A DNA stretch of 56,418 nucleotides from a virus (Duplodnaviria > Caudoviricetes): positions 1 through 56,418 of IMG/VR virus record IMGVR_UViG_3300049595_000896. One strand, 5' to 3'. This document shows, in pieces, positions 48,292 through 56,418 of this stretch. Every line of letters starts with the position of its first letter. The stretch's first letter is position 1. Under the pieces are notes generated by a model. It was not told the origin of the DNA. It was given only the letters and a program-made list of their open reading frames with translations, and ran no database searches. The position numbers and the translations under genes were made by a program.

Positions 48292-50336
48292 GAACCCGCT
48301 CCAGTTACCCTATTACTGACGACATTACCCTCCATACCCCCCATGGTCTGACCACCGGGCTGGATAGGAGCGGGCGCAGAAGGCTGCTGCATGGAGGCTG
48401 ACTGCGCTGCAATACGCGCTTTGTGGGCTTCTTTCTCCCGGGACGGGACAACTTCGTCCACGGGCATCTGTAGCCCCTTGGCCACCTCACGCAGCAGGGC
48501 TGCGCGTCCGTCTTTCCCAATGATCTCAATATCAAACTGGTTGGCTGTAGCGTTCAGGAACTCTATGCGCCTTACATTTACAGTCTCTTTAACCGCCAGA
48601 TTGACCGCACCCATCGGCACAATCTCTGCATCGCCCTTAATAGCCTCGTCCTCGTCGTATCTCATATTGTATATAAACTGACGACGCACCATCGGCTTAA
48701 CAATGTCATGGTCTATGTGCATTACGACCTGTCGTATGCCCTTGCCGGCTGACCCCATAAGCATGGACAGGCCGGAAGCTGTGCGTCCCGCCCCTTGCAC
48801 GTTCAAATCACCATAAACATACGCCGGAATGCCGGAATGATCGTCCGCCATACGGCTAAACCGCTCGTAAACGGCCATAAGTGTCTGGGCATTGTCGTTT
48901 GGCTGGTTAAATCTGACCGCAGGGGCGCTTGACCCGAGCGGATCGTTGGTTACCTGCCAGATTTTCCACGGATGGATCTGTGTAATGTCTTCATTTGGCG
49001 GAATACGCTCCAGATTGACCTCAACTTGGGGTCCGGACGCTATACCCATGTTGTTTACAAGGGCTCTGGCCGCTGCATTACACACGGATTGGATGTCTTT
49101 GAGGATTTCCGGGATAGATTTCCCCCAAAACGCACCCGGAACCTTGATAAATGAGGTCTTTGCGTAGGGTTTTTCGCCAAGTGGATCGTAATTCAGCACT
49201 GCCTTGAGCACATAATTGCCCGACATCCACACATTTGCGTCGTATTCCTTGGCTTCGTCGGGTACGTCTTCCTCTGGCATACCCCATTCACGCAGCATCT
49301 TGCCGCTAACCTTGCCCCAGAACTCCAAAACATCGAAAGTTTCGGTCGGAGACCGGTAAGAATAGAACTTTCTCTCCAGATCGTTCTTTACAAGCTCGAC
49401 ATCTTCGTTGATCCAGCTTGAAACATTGCCGATTTCAAGCACTTTTCGTATGGCTTCGTCATCGTAACCGGGTACGCCGATAAGGTCGGCCAGATCCATG
49501 CGGCTGAGCGGATGGTGCTCAAACAAATAACCTTCATTTATATGGGTTATCTTAGGCTCCGGATAGATACGGAACGGATCGACCCGTTCGTACTCAGGCG
49601 CAAGACGCTCTGAAGGCTCTGCAACAGTCGCTCCGAAGCTGTCCTTGGACCAGCTGAGCACGCGCTGCCGCCTGACAATAGGTCCTTTGACAAACGCGCA
49701 GGGGAAAGTCGCAAGATCTGTGATAAAGTCGTTGAACGCATCAGCCCACCCGCCCTGCGCAAACTGATCGTCTATCTTGATCTTCATGCTGTCGGCGCGA
49801 TTGTGAGCCTCCTGAAGCAAGCGGAACCTGAAGTCCTGCGCTACTACTTCACGTAGCTGTTCAACCTGCGCCGGAGACGGAGCCATACCGTCTGTCTGGA
49901 TTATACCCAAGATCTCTTTTGCAAGTTCTTCCTGAATAGCCGCTTCTTTAGTAGGGTCAATTGAGGGTATAGGCGTCGGTTTAAGATCCCACGGAGGCGA
50001 GCCCGTATCCATGAGGATGTCGCGCAGCCAGCTTTCAGCTGCGCGGCACTTAACCTCCGTCAGCATCATGAAGATATCTGACCCACCAACCGCATTAATC
50101 TGCTTGCGTTTAGAGGCGTCGTACTCTCCGTTACGCTGTCTCATACTATCGAGCATGATGTACTCGATAGGTTTCTTGGCTTCTTTTGCCGCATCCCAGC
50201 ATCGGCGAAGATACGCAGCGAGGCCAAGTATTATCGGGTTATTCTGCCGTTCTGCCAGATCGCGCTCGATAGCCTCTTTTTCCGCAGCTGTAAGAGCTAC
50301 GTTGTTGACCACCCGAAGCATCGTCATGTCGGCCAT
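48288..50336 (-). CDS. Portal protein
   Basis: 682 aa; GAFWG.SIPE...DIQ..CNA.ARALVNN; RTASGLSMLM; position before the scaffold. Confidence 0.92.
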   Translation of the reverse strand: MADMTMLRVVNNVALTAAEKEAIERDLAERQNNPIILGLAAYLRRCWDAAKEAKKPIEYIMLDSMRQRNGEYDASKRKQINAVGGSDIFMMLTEVKCRAAESWLRDILMDTGSPPWDLKPTPIPSIDPTKEAAIQEELAKEILGIIQTDGMAPSPAQVEQLREVVAQDFRFRLLQEAHNRADSMKIKIDDQFAQGGWADAFNDFITDLATFPCAFVKGPIVRRQRVLSWSKDSFGATVAEPSERLAPEYERVDPFRIYPEPKITHINEGYLFEHHPLSRMDLADLIGVPGYDDEAIRKVLEIGNVSSWINEDVELVKNDLERKFYSYRSPTETFDVLEFWGKVSGKMLREWGMPEEDVPDEAKEYDANVWMSGNYVLKAVLNYDPLGEKPYAKTSFIKVPGAFWGKSIPEILKDIQSVCNAAARALVNNMGIASGPQVEVNLERIPPNEDITQIHPWKIWQVTNDPLGSSAPAVRFNQPNDNAQTLMAVYERFSRMADDHSGIPAYVYGDLNVQGAGRTASGLSMLMGSAGKGIRQVVMHIDHDIVKPMVRRQFIYNMRYDEDEAIKGDAEIVPMGAVNLAVKETVNVRRIEFLNATANQFDIEIIGKDGRAALLREVAKGLQMPVDEVVPSREKEAHKARIAAQSASMQQPSAPAPIQPGGQTMGGMEGNVVSNRVTGAGS

Positions 50337-50399
50337 TTATCTATCTCTTAAATGGTATCGAGTATATAATTTACACTAAAAAAGATAAAATTACAATCC

Positions 50400-51539
50400 T
50401 TAAAGTCTGTAAAAATCTTTTCTCCAAGTAGTCATCCGCCTGAGCCGCAACAGTTTTCTCCACTCTATGGTGCTTTCGGATGGGTTCAATGTAGGCCTTG
50501 TTATTGTAACAGCGCCTGTTGAAACGCCTGTAGCTGTTAAAGCATGCCGCTGTGTGACAGTCGCCGTCCCAACCGTTGGCGCACCCGTTGATGCGCTAGC
50601 TGCCGCGAGATTGTCTTGGTTTGATTCCGCAGTTAAAGTCGTTGTGCCGACAGTCGGCGCACCCGTCGCAACACTTGTGGCTGTTAAAGTATGCAGCTGT
50701 GTAAGCGCGGCTGTCCCAACCGTTGGCGCACCCGTCGCAACACCTGTAGCTGTAAGGACATGCAGCTGTGCAAGCGTTGAGGTGCCGACAGTCGGTGCAC
50801 CCGTCGCAATACCTGTAGCTGTTAAAACATGCCGCTGCGTAAGTGTACTCGTACCAACAGTCGGTGCACCTGTCGCAATACCTGTAGCTGTTAAAGCATC
50901 AGCAGACGCAACCGGCTCAACCGCAATTGTAGCAGCGACCCATCCGTCGGATGCTGAAACCGTAAAAGTGCCGGGGTTTTCGGAACTGGCGGCGTTGGTA
51001 CGGTAGCTTGAGCTTATGCCGCAACCCGCTGCGTTGTCGGCCTCATCATAAATACCGTTTGTGGTGTAGTTGGTCGGGAATGTAACCGGATCTGCGGAGT
51101 TGCCGTTAGTACTCAGCCCGACGAGCCACAGGGTATCGGCGCTGCCCCACGCGGGAGACAGGTTTGGAGGATCTGGGGTTGTGCTGCTGCCTGCGGCAGT
51201 TGCAGCCTGAACGCTGTCCCAACCCGTAATTCGGTAAATATGCCAAGTGAAACGTTCAGCGACGCTGGTTGTAATGCCGAGGACTTTGCTATCTTCCGTC
51301 CCGTCAGCAGTTTTATAGTATGCAACCAGTTTGTTGAGCGTAGTCTGATTTGCAGCGAATAGTTCTGTCCACGTTCCGGCTGTTGAATTATCCCACGTGT
51401 AAGTCGGGTTACCGTCGCTGGACAGCAGAATAAGTATCAGATCGCCGTTGTTGATCGTCGCCGGCAGGGTGATGTTAAAGCTGCTGACGTTTGCAAGCTG
51501 CACCGCCCGCGTGACTGACTGGACGGTCGGGAAGGCCAC
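50400..51539 (-). CDS. Repeat-rich virion fibre-like protein (beta N-domain, 23-aa repeats, basic C-terminal helix)
   Basis: GTG start after GAAAGG; LTATGIATGAPTVGTSTLTQRHV repeats. Confidence 0.75.
   Translation of the reverse strand: MAFPTVQSVTRAVQLANVSSFNITLPATINNGDLILILLSSDGNPTYTWDNSTAGTWTELFAANQTTLNKLVAYYKTADGTEDSKVLGITTSVAERFTWHIYRITGWDSVQAATAAGSSTTPDPPNLSPAWGSADTLWLVGLSTNGNSADPVTFPTNYTTNGIYDEADNAAGCGISSSYRTNAASSENPGTFTVSASDGWVAATIAVEPVASADALTATGIATGAPTVGTSTLTQRHVLTATGIATGAPTVGTSTLAQLHVLTATGVATGAPTVGTAALTQLHTLTATSVATGAPTVGTTTLTAESNQDNLAAASASTGAPTVGTATVTQRHALTATGVSTGAVTITRPTLNPSESTIEWRKLLRLRRMTTWRKDFYRL
50490..50900. repeat. 69-bp tandem repeat (about 6 units)
   Basis: GCACC(C/T)GTCGCA at 50659, 50728, 50797 and 50866. 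Confidence 0.9.
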
Positions 51540-51540
51540 A

Positions 51541-51825
51541 TCAGACCCTTTCCACAACCAGTGCGTTTGTATCAGTCACCGATACGCTAATAACGTCCCG
51601 CTGCCCGCTCCACACCTGACGCAAAGTTAGAAGAGCAGCGCCGTCATCAAGGTGCCCCGGCACAGCAACCACGATAAGTTCTTCCGGTCCCGGTTCAGAG
51701 GGGCCCGGCACAAAATCAGGTTCGGTCAGCTGAGCTTGTGCAATTTCTTCCGGCGTCATTGCTGGCGCTGCGGATCGCCGCGAGACCACGCTAGCTAGCT
51801 TGTACACAACCCATGTCTCGGCCAT
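51541..51825 (-). CDS. Hypothetical protein
   Basis: Coupled (TAATG). Confidence 0.65.
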   Translation of the reverse strand: MAETWVVYKLASVVSRRSAAPAMTPEEIAQAQLTEPDFVPGPSEPGPEELIVVAVPGHLDDGAALLTLRQVWSGQRDVISVSVTDTNALVVERV

Positions 51826-52193
51826 TACACCGCATCCGGCACGCCAACGTCAAACGCCGTCAGAGAAAAAGTGTTGCCGCTGGTGACAGATTGCGATGAC
51901 GTCAAAGAGCCGGTGGCAAGCAGCCGCTCATTTGCATGATCCGCAAGGGCCCAATGCGTTGCTGTCCCTGTTGAATTAACAGTGCCGTCAGTGATTGCTG
52001 AAATAGTGGTCTTGCGCCCGCCGCCTGTCCGATCGCTAACGGCCCCCATCGTGGGACTGGTTTTCGTCCCAAGATTGTAAGTTGAGCTGGCCTGTGCCCA
52101 CGTTGTCGCTTCCTGCGACGTGATGAAAAGACGTGTAGCTTCCCGCACTTTCTCCACGAGACCGTCGAGTGCGTAGTCTGCAATGAATGGCAT
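51825..52193 (-). CDS. Small virion structural protein
   Basis: GTATHWAL.D....LLATGSL...Q.VT.GNTF.L..FD; GAGG RBS. Confidence 0.75.
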   Translation of the reverse strand: MPFIADYALDGLVEKVREATRLFITSQEATTWAQASSTYNLGTKTSPTMGAVSDRTGGGRKTTISAITDGTVNSTGTATHWALADHANERLLATGSLTSSQSVTSGNTFSLTAFDVGVPDAV

Positions 52194-52205
52194 CGAACAT
52201 CCTCG

Positions 52206-52808
52206 TTAATCTGATAAAAGCGTGCGTAATTGACTAAGCCTGTCTTCGCGTTTAGTCATAGCTTCTTCGCGTTTAGTCATAGCTTTTTGCTCAGCTGCAA
52301 GTTTGGTTGCGGCTTCGTCAATTGCAATTTTTTCGGATGCCATAGCTTCTTTTTCCGAAGCTATCTCTGCGAGAACTTTGATAATTTTTTGCTCACGCGA
52401 AACTACATCAGCTAGTCTGTTATCGACGTGAGATCTTGCAACTTTTAGTTTTGCCTGTTCTTCTTCTATACTAGTTTTCTGATTGTTTAGTTTTGTTTCT
52501 GCTGCTTTAATAGATGCTTCTTTTTTATTTAACGCCTGAATTTTAGTTTCTAAATTAGCAATCTGAATAGCAAGCGCTTCTGTTTTTGCAAACGCCTCCG
52601 CCCGCACGGTATCAAGCCTTTCCGCCTCAGCTTTCATGGCGGCTCGCGCTTTATCGACTGCGTCCTGCTCTGCACGAAGTTTACCGACAACATCCTGCGC
52701 CCGCTCTGTGTCAGCGAGTGCGGCAAAAGCAGATAGCATATCGCCCAAAGCGCTACTTTGTACCGCTCCCTGCGCCCGTCTAGCGTTATTGAATATCCGC
52801 TGTGTCAT
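52206..52808 (-). CDS. Long coiled-coil protein
   Basis: Heptad pattern; 21-bp duplication at ~52243-52285 (AMTKREE twice). Confidence 0.75.
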   Translation of the reverse strand: MTQRIFNNARRAQGAVQSSALGDMLSAFAALADTERAQDVVGKLRAEQDAVDKARAAMKAEAERLDTVRAEAFAKTEALAIQIANLETKIQALNKKEASIKAAETKLNNQKTSIEEEQAKLKVARSHVDNRLADVVSREQKIIKVLAEIASEKEAMASEKIAIDEAATKLAAEQKAMTKREEAMTKREDRLSQLRTLLSD

Positions 52809-52812
52809 TATT

Positions 52813-53163
52813 TTATCCTCGTAGAACCAGAATAATATCTACTGAGAACCCAACCCCGCCTGAAAAATTGGGCTTAAAATAAGCAGCCGCAAGAGACAGT
52901 TCGTAGATTGCGCTTGATGTTGTTTCGATCAGGTTACCAACCGGATCGTACGCCGGGAACCACGAAACAGCGTCGTTACTCTGCAAGAGCGATACAGTGG
53001 CCCCACCAAACGTACCGCTAATCTGCACGCAACCGGCAAACCCGTATTGCCCCTGTACGAGGAACGGAGCGAGCGTATCGCTAGGAGTAACCCCCCGCCA
53101 AACAACTGTAGGGACGCCGTCGTACGAGCCCGTTCGCTCAATCGTAGGGGTTATGACACCCAT
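52813..53163 (-). CDS. Hypothetical beta-rich (jelly-roll-like) protein
   Basis: VQISGTFGGATV.L..SND...W; GGGAGG RBS. Confidence 0.75.
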   Translation of the reverse strand: MGVITPTIERTGSYDGVPTVVWRGVTPSDTLAPFLVQGQYGFAGCVQISGTFGGATVSLLQSNDAVSWFPAYDPVGNLIETTSSAIYELSLAAAYFKPNFSGGVGFSVDIILVLRG

Positions 53164-53221
53164 GCATGCCTCCCGCTATCTACACGTACACACTATACGA
53201 GTTGTATCTCGCGTGCAAGTA

Positions 53222-53262
53222 GAAAATCTCCCCCTGCCGAGGAAGCTGGCAGCAGGGGGAGC
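53222..53262 (-). terminator. Probable terminator after terL
   Basis: Minus strand CTCCCCCTGC...GCAGGGGGAG-ATTTTCT. Confidence 0.55.
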
Positions 53263-53342
53263 AGGTCTCCGAGACCACATGCCGGTAGGGGGGACAGGCC
53301 GGCATACTCTGTGTTAACACACCCGCACCCTCTCCGCAAGCC

Positions 53343-54725
53343 CTATGTCCACCCGGCAGTCGAGACTTGCCGCACCTCCCTCGCCCGGGGCATAAACCCT
53401 CCGTCGCTTATAGATGATATATGCAACATAAGGTACTGCAGCGCCTCCGCCACGTGAGAGTGCTTGTTCTTGTCGATGGCCTCGTTCTTGTGATGGTAGC
53501 GGTACCCACCCATCATGGCTGCTTTAAGCTGGGTGCACCTAGGGTCAACCAAGAACGCAGCGTCCCCGTCAACCTGCCGCATGAGGTACTCGTCCACAGC
53601 GTTTATCCTCGCGGAGATACTGTTAGTCCTAGCGGGTATGACCTTGAGCCCCTCAGCCTTGATGATGTCCACCGCACTGCGCTCGTCCGTCTGCGCCCTC
53701 TGCACCCCGGCAGGGTCAGTGACGACCAAGACAGGCGACCCCGGGAACCTCTCGTAAAGGAGCGGCCTGAGCACCGACCTCACGAACCTCTGCACCCCCA
53801 TGTCGAAGCTCACCGCCTCAGCAAGCACAAGCGCCCTGCCCCTAGGATCAAGCTGCCCCACCACAGCCGCAGGCGTCAGACCCAAGTCCATCCCTACGAC
53901 AATAGGTCGCACCCCATTGGAGATATGGCGCATGTTGGATCTGGCCATGTGGTAGTCTGGCCTGAAGTACTTGTACACAGGCTTGCCCGCAGAGCTAAGC
54001 CCATACTCTCCATCAATGTAAACCCTTATGTACTCCTCAGACCGCCCGGTCGTATCATAGTACCCCTCAGGCAGGTTATCTATGTTCTCCGCCAAGGGCG
54101 ACCGGCCAGACGGCTGCTTGAACACCTCCCACCGGTTATTGTTAGGCGACACCCCATCCTTGGGGTCCAAGTGCTCCATCTGGTAGTACCACCACGTCTC
54201 CATGGTGGGAGGGTTAGTGTCCGCCCACATGCCATGCCACGTAGGCCCGCCGTCCTTGGCCGAAGGGAAGCGCCCAACACGTTTAGACATTGCATCGACA
54301 ATGTCCGGATGAATGTCCCTGCACTCGTTGAACCAAGCAAAGGTCAACTCCAGTGAGTTGAGGTTAGCCACGTCGTCGGCGTCATCCAGCGCCCTGAACA
54401 TGACCTCACACTCGACGTCCCCCAGCTTGAGGAAATAGGTCTTGGTGGTGCGCATGAAGTGCCCACACACCCCATCAGGGAACCAGTCAAGCCAAGTCTT
54501 GATCGTCGTGTCAGTCAGCTGGCGGACAGTCTCACGCACCACGGCGCACCGCGACCGCCTCTTGCCCCTAGCGTCAGGAGCCTGCATGCTGGCCCTGCGT
54601 ATAATCTCGAAGCAGCAGGTCACACTCTTGCCGCTGCCCACGGGGCCCATCAGCACGCGCATCTTGGCGTCGGACAGCATGAACTTGCGGCCAGTAGGCG
54701 GAGGCGTGAAATCAATCGGTTCCAT
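53343..54725 (-). CDS. terL: Terminase large subunit
   Basis: GPVGSGKS Walker A; WFNE; DTNPP; GMDLGLTPA; HSHVAEALQY. Confidence 0.95.
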   Translation of the reverse strand: MEPIDFTPPPTGRKFMLSDAKMRVLMGPVGSGKSVTCCFEIIRRASMQAPDARGKRRSRCAVVRETVRQLTDTTIKTWLDWFPDGVCGHFMRTTKTYFLKLGDVECEVMFRALDDADDVANLNSLELTFAWFNECRDIHPDIVDAMSKRVGRFPSAKDGGPTWHGMWADTNPPTMETWWYYQMEHLDPKDGVSPNNNRWEVFKQPSGRSPLAENIDNLPEGYYDTTGRSEEYIRVYIDGEYGLSSAGKPVYKYFRPDYHMARSNMRHISNGVRPIVVGMDLGLTPAAVVGQLDPRGRALVLAEAVSFDMGVQRFVRSVLRPLLYERFPGSPVLVVTDPAGVQRAQTDERSAVDIIKAEGLKVIPARTNSISARINAVDEYLMRQVDGDAAFLVDPRCTQLKAAMMGGYRYHHKNEAIDKNKHSHVAEALQYLMLHISSISDGGFMPRAREVRQVSTAGWT

Positions 54726-54885
54726 TGGGGGCCATAGATTTCTGCGGGAGCCTGATAACCCTTATACGTCTAGGGGATCTACGAGTACCTTTAATAACTT
54801 TAGTTAGATAAGATTCTTTATCAAGTTTAAGTTGTTCGACATATGCTTCGTACTCCACTATGGACACGAAGTCTTTCTCAGACAT
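54712..54885 (-). CDS. Small hypothetical protein between terS and terL
   Basis: MSEKDFV...; overlaps both neighbours. Confidence 0.6.
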   Translation of the reverse strand: MSEKDFVSIVEYEAYVEQLKLDKESYLTKVIKGTRRSPRRIRVIRLPQKSMAPNGTD

Positions 54886-55360
54886 CTTCCAGCGCCCAGC
54901 CAGAGGAACTTGGCGGGCTAGGCGCATTGTCTATGATCGTCATGGGCAGGTCCTGCCCACCTAGGTTGATGCTGATACGCACCCCTCCAGACCCAGCCTC
55001 GCCTGTATCTCCCTTGGGCTCCAGTCCGCCCCACTTGACCGTAGACTTGATAAGGTCCGCTTTTACAGCCGGGGAGACCGAGGGGTCGTGGATAAGCAGC
55101 CAAGATGTGGTGAGCAGTTCTTCGGCCTGAGCGCGGGCTTTGAGGCGGAACGTCATGCCCTTGGATACGATCTCTTCCCTGTAACTCTCCACGCGCTTGA
55201 GGAACACAGGGTCAGCGTTGAACGTCAGTAGATCCGCAGGGGCCATGGAGTGGCGCTTAAGTATGTCAGCCACGGGCTCCCCGCTGCCTTCCAGACAGAG
55301 GGCTATGTCAAACGCAAGGCGGTCTGACCACTTGGTGTGGAGGATTGCTGATCTATCCAT
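54878..55360 (-). CDS. terS: Terminase small subunit
   Basis: Helical protein upstream of terL; C-terminal V.ISINLG beta strand. Confidence 0.75.
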   Translation of the reverse strand: MDRSAILHTKWSDRLAFDIALCLEGSGEPVADILKRHSMAPADLLTFNADPVFLKRVESYREEIVSKGMTFRLKARAQAEELLTTSWLLIHDPSVSPAVKADLIKSTVKWGGLEPKGDTGEAGSGGVRISINLGGQDLPMTIIDNAPSPPSSSGWALEDV

Positions 55361-55366
55361 GCGTTA

Positions 55367-55394
55367 AGGATAGCGGGGTTTAAGAAACCGTCAA
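55367..55394 (-). promoter_or_regulatory. sigma70-type promoter for terS, probably leaderless
   Basis: TTGACG-N16-TATCCT, 6 nt before the ATG, no Shine-Dalgarno. Confidence 0.65.
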
Positions 55395-55594
55395 GAGGCA
55401 AGTGGCTGGGGTAGGGAGGGGGTAGGAGCAGGGGTGAGTAAACTTTACATTTTGGATTTTTGGGTTGTGTTTTGTGCGGTTTACCATGTTGGGGGGAGGC
55501 TAGAACTCACCGTCCGACTGCCCCCCACCCTCTCGCCTCATGCACAAGCGCTGCCGAGCACGTTATGGCTTAGAAACTCGAACAAAACATGCGC

Positions 55595-55623
55595 TTGACA
55601 AATCGAATTAGATATGCCATTGT
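55595..55623 (+). promoter_or_regulatory. Early promoter P1
   Basis: TTGACA-aatcgaattagatatgc (17)-CATTGT; spacer nearly identical to P2. Confidence 0.75.
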
Positions 55624-55628
55624 TGATT

Positions 55629-55666
55629 TGTCGATGGGGATACCCCCCTCGGCAGATGTTTGACAT
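55629..55666 (+). promoter_or_regulatory. Leader hairpin plus GATGTTTGACAT (boxA-like or operator) motif
   Basis: The same 12-mer follows the hairpin after P2. Confidence 0.55.
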
Positions 55667-55679
55667 GAAAGGTTACGCG

Positions 55680-55883
55680 ATGAAATACGTCGTGGGTTAC
55701 GTCGACGCCGACGGCCAGTGGGTTACGTGGTCCTACTGTGATGTCGAGACGATGGCGCTAGTGCTCGAAGCCTGCATGGTGAAAGACCTAGAGGTTGGCC
55801 TGATGCGGACTTGGGAAATACGAGAGCGACCCAAGCGCGGAATAGCTGACTGGCTGGTAGAAGACCGCCGGCTGAAACTCTAG
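55680..55883 (+). CDS. Early hypothetical protein, paralog of 317..529
   Basis: GAAAGG RBS; shared GIADWL..RR.KL. Confidence 0.8.
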   Translation: MKYVVGYVDADGQWVTWSYCDVETMALVLEACMVKDLEVGLMRTWEIRERPKRGIADWLVEDRRLKL

Positions 55884-55900
55884 ACCTAGACTGAGACTGA

Positions 55901-55931
55901 GAGGCCCCGGGAAACCGGGGTCTCTTTTTTT
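55901..55931 (+). terminator. Intrinsic terminator
   Basis: GAGGCCCCGG-GAAA-CCGGGGTCTC followed by T7. Confidence 0.9.
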
Positions 55932-56066
55932 GTCTGTTTTTCTTTTGTGTAAGTAGTCTCATGTGGCCGGGGGGTTAGAGATCGACGCCCGCCAAACGGT
56001 CGACGGACGCCACGGGCACGCCCGCTTTCGGTCACGTTATAGCTCGCTTTTCGCGTTTTTACCCGA

Positions 56067-56095
56067 TTGACAAATCGAATTGGATGTGCTTTAGT
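56067..56095 (+). promoter_or_regulatory. Early promoter P2
   Basis: TTGACA-aatcgaattggatgtgc (17)-TTTAGT. Confidence 0.75.
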
Positions 56096-56102
56096 CGGTT
56101 CA

Positions 56103-56145
56103 CGGTTGGAGACGAACCCAACCGGCCTACCGATGTTTGACATCG
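56103..56145 (+). promoter_or_regulatory. Leader hairpin plus GATGTTTGACAT motif
   Basis: CGGTTGG/CCAACCG stem, then the 12-mer at 56132-56143. Confidence 0.55.
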
Positions 56146-56223
56146 CAAACGCGAGCCGGGCGCATTCCCGGCATTCTGAGGGCCGGACCCCGCGTGGGCC
56201 GGACCCTGTGAAGGAGAACTAGC

Positions 56224-56418
56224 ATGGCGAAAGCCAAAAGGGTTAAGAGCGTTAAACTTTCTGCCGCTGAAGCTTCCACGTGGACCAACATTCCAGCGGA
56301 ATCGTTCGCCTCAGAAAAGGGCCAGATGGCCCTTCTCAAGGCGGCTCAGCTCATAGCGATGGAGACAGAGGTCAAAAACCTCTTCCGCGCTCTGGTCGAG
56401 CCACGGGTTGGTTTCCCG
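56224..56418 (+). CDS. Early hypothetical protein, 5' part. It wraps the junction and ends at 247 (~104 aa, MAKAKRVKSVK...EPKVTF)
   Basis: AAGGAG RBS before ATG 56224; in frame with ORF 35..247. Confidence 0.8.
   Translation, partial: MAKAKRVKSVKLSAAEASTWTNIPAESFASEKGQMALLKAAQLIAMETEVKNLFRALVEPRVGFP
56292..56418. repeat. Terminal direct repeat, identical to 1..127
   Basis: Direct sequence comparison. Confidence 0.95.

Noticed and set aside
53228-53310. HDV-like ribozyme on the minus strand (GC-UUCCUCG-GC loop resembles L3)
   Set aside because: No GG for P1.1 after P1, and no P4/catalytic C or P2 3' strand; better explained as a terminator hairpin
53421-54356. Long antisense ORFs (for example 53421..54356, 46124..46918, 11050..11832)
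   Set aside because: Shadow frames of well-supported genes, with no RBS or recognisable motifs
55890-55925. Hammerhead-like CUGAGA...GAAA...GUC
   Set aside because: The core lacks a nucleotide, and GAAA is the tetraloop of an intrinsic terminator
55965-56047. Integron attC sites at the cassette joints (GTTA cores)
   Set aside because: No integrase, no RYYYAAC inverse core, and no attC-like stem

Overview
This window is a complete, circularly assembled dsDNA tailed-phage genome of 56,291 bp; the first 127 nt repeat the last 127 nt. It has podovirus-like morphogenesis (portal, scaffold, major capsid, adaptor, nozzle, ejection proteins, no tape measure). The host is probably an alphaproteobacterium (inference from a GcrA-like gene and promoter style). 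The + strand arm (~55.6 kb through the junction to 17.08 kb) carries early cassettes, an AT-rich iteron region, an AAA+/vWA-metallopeptidase module, family A DNA polymerase, a Cas4-like exonuclease, VRR-NUC, an SNF2 helicase and a primase-DUF927 protein. The - strand arm (55.36 kb to 17.05 kb) carries terminases, head, tail, lysis and a 2949-aa polyvalent ejection protein. No integrase, RNA polymerase, tRNA or CRISPR array was seen. The most notable signals are: (1) a complete type II hammerhead ribozyme in the early transcript, upstream of the AAA+/vWA operon; (2) a cluster of beta-clamp-binding-like motifs (QLDLF, QLDMF, QMELF and others) in the giant virion protein, alongside stand-alone DnaA-domain-IV and GcrA-HTH mimics, which together suggest a host replication/cell-cycle takeover system; (3) duplicated early cassettes built as promoter, hairpin, boxA-like motif, gene, terminator; (4) repeat-bracketed AT-rich modules in the giant protein; (5) a podophage fibre with a siphophage-type tail-tip C-terminus. 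All family assignments come from motif recognition by eye, not from database searches.
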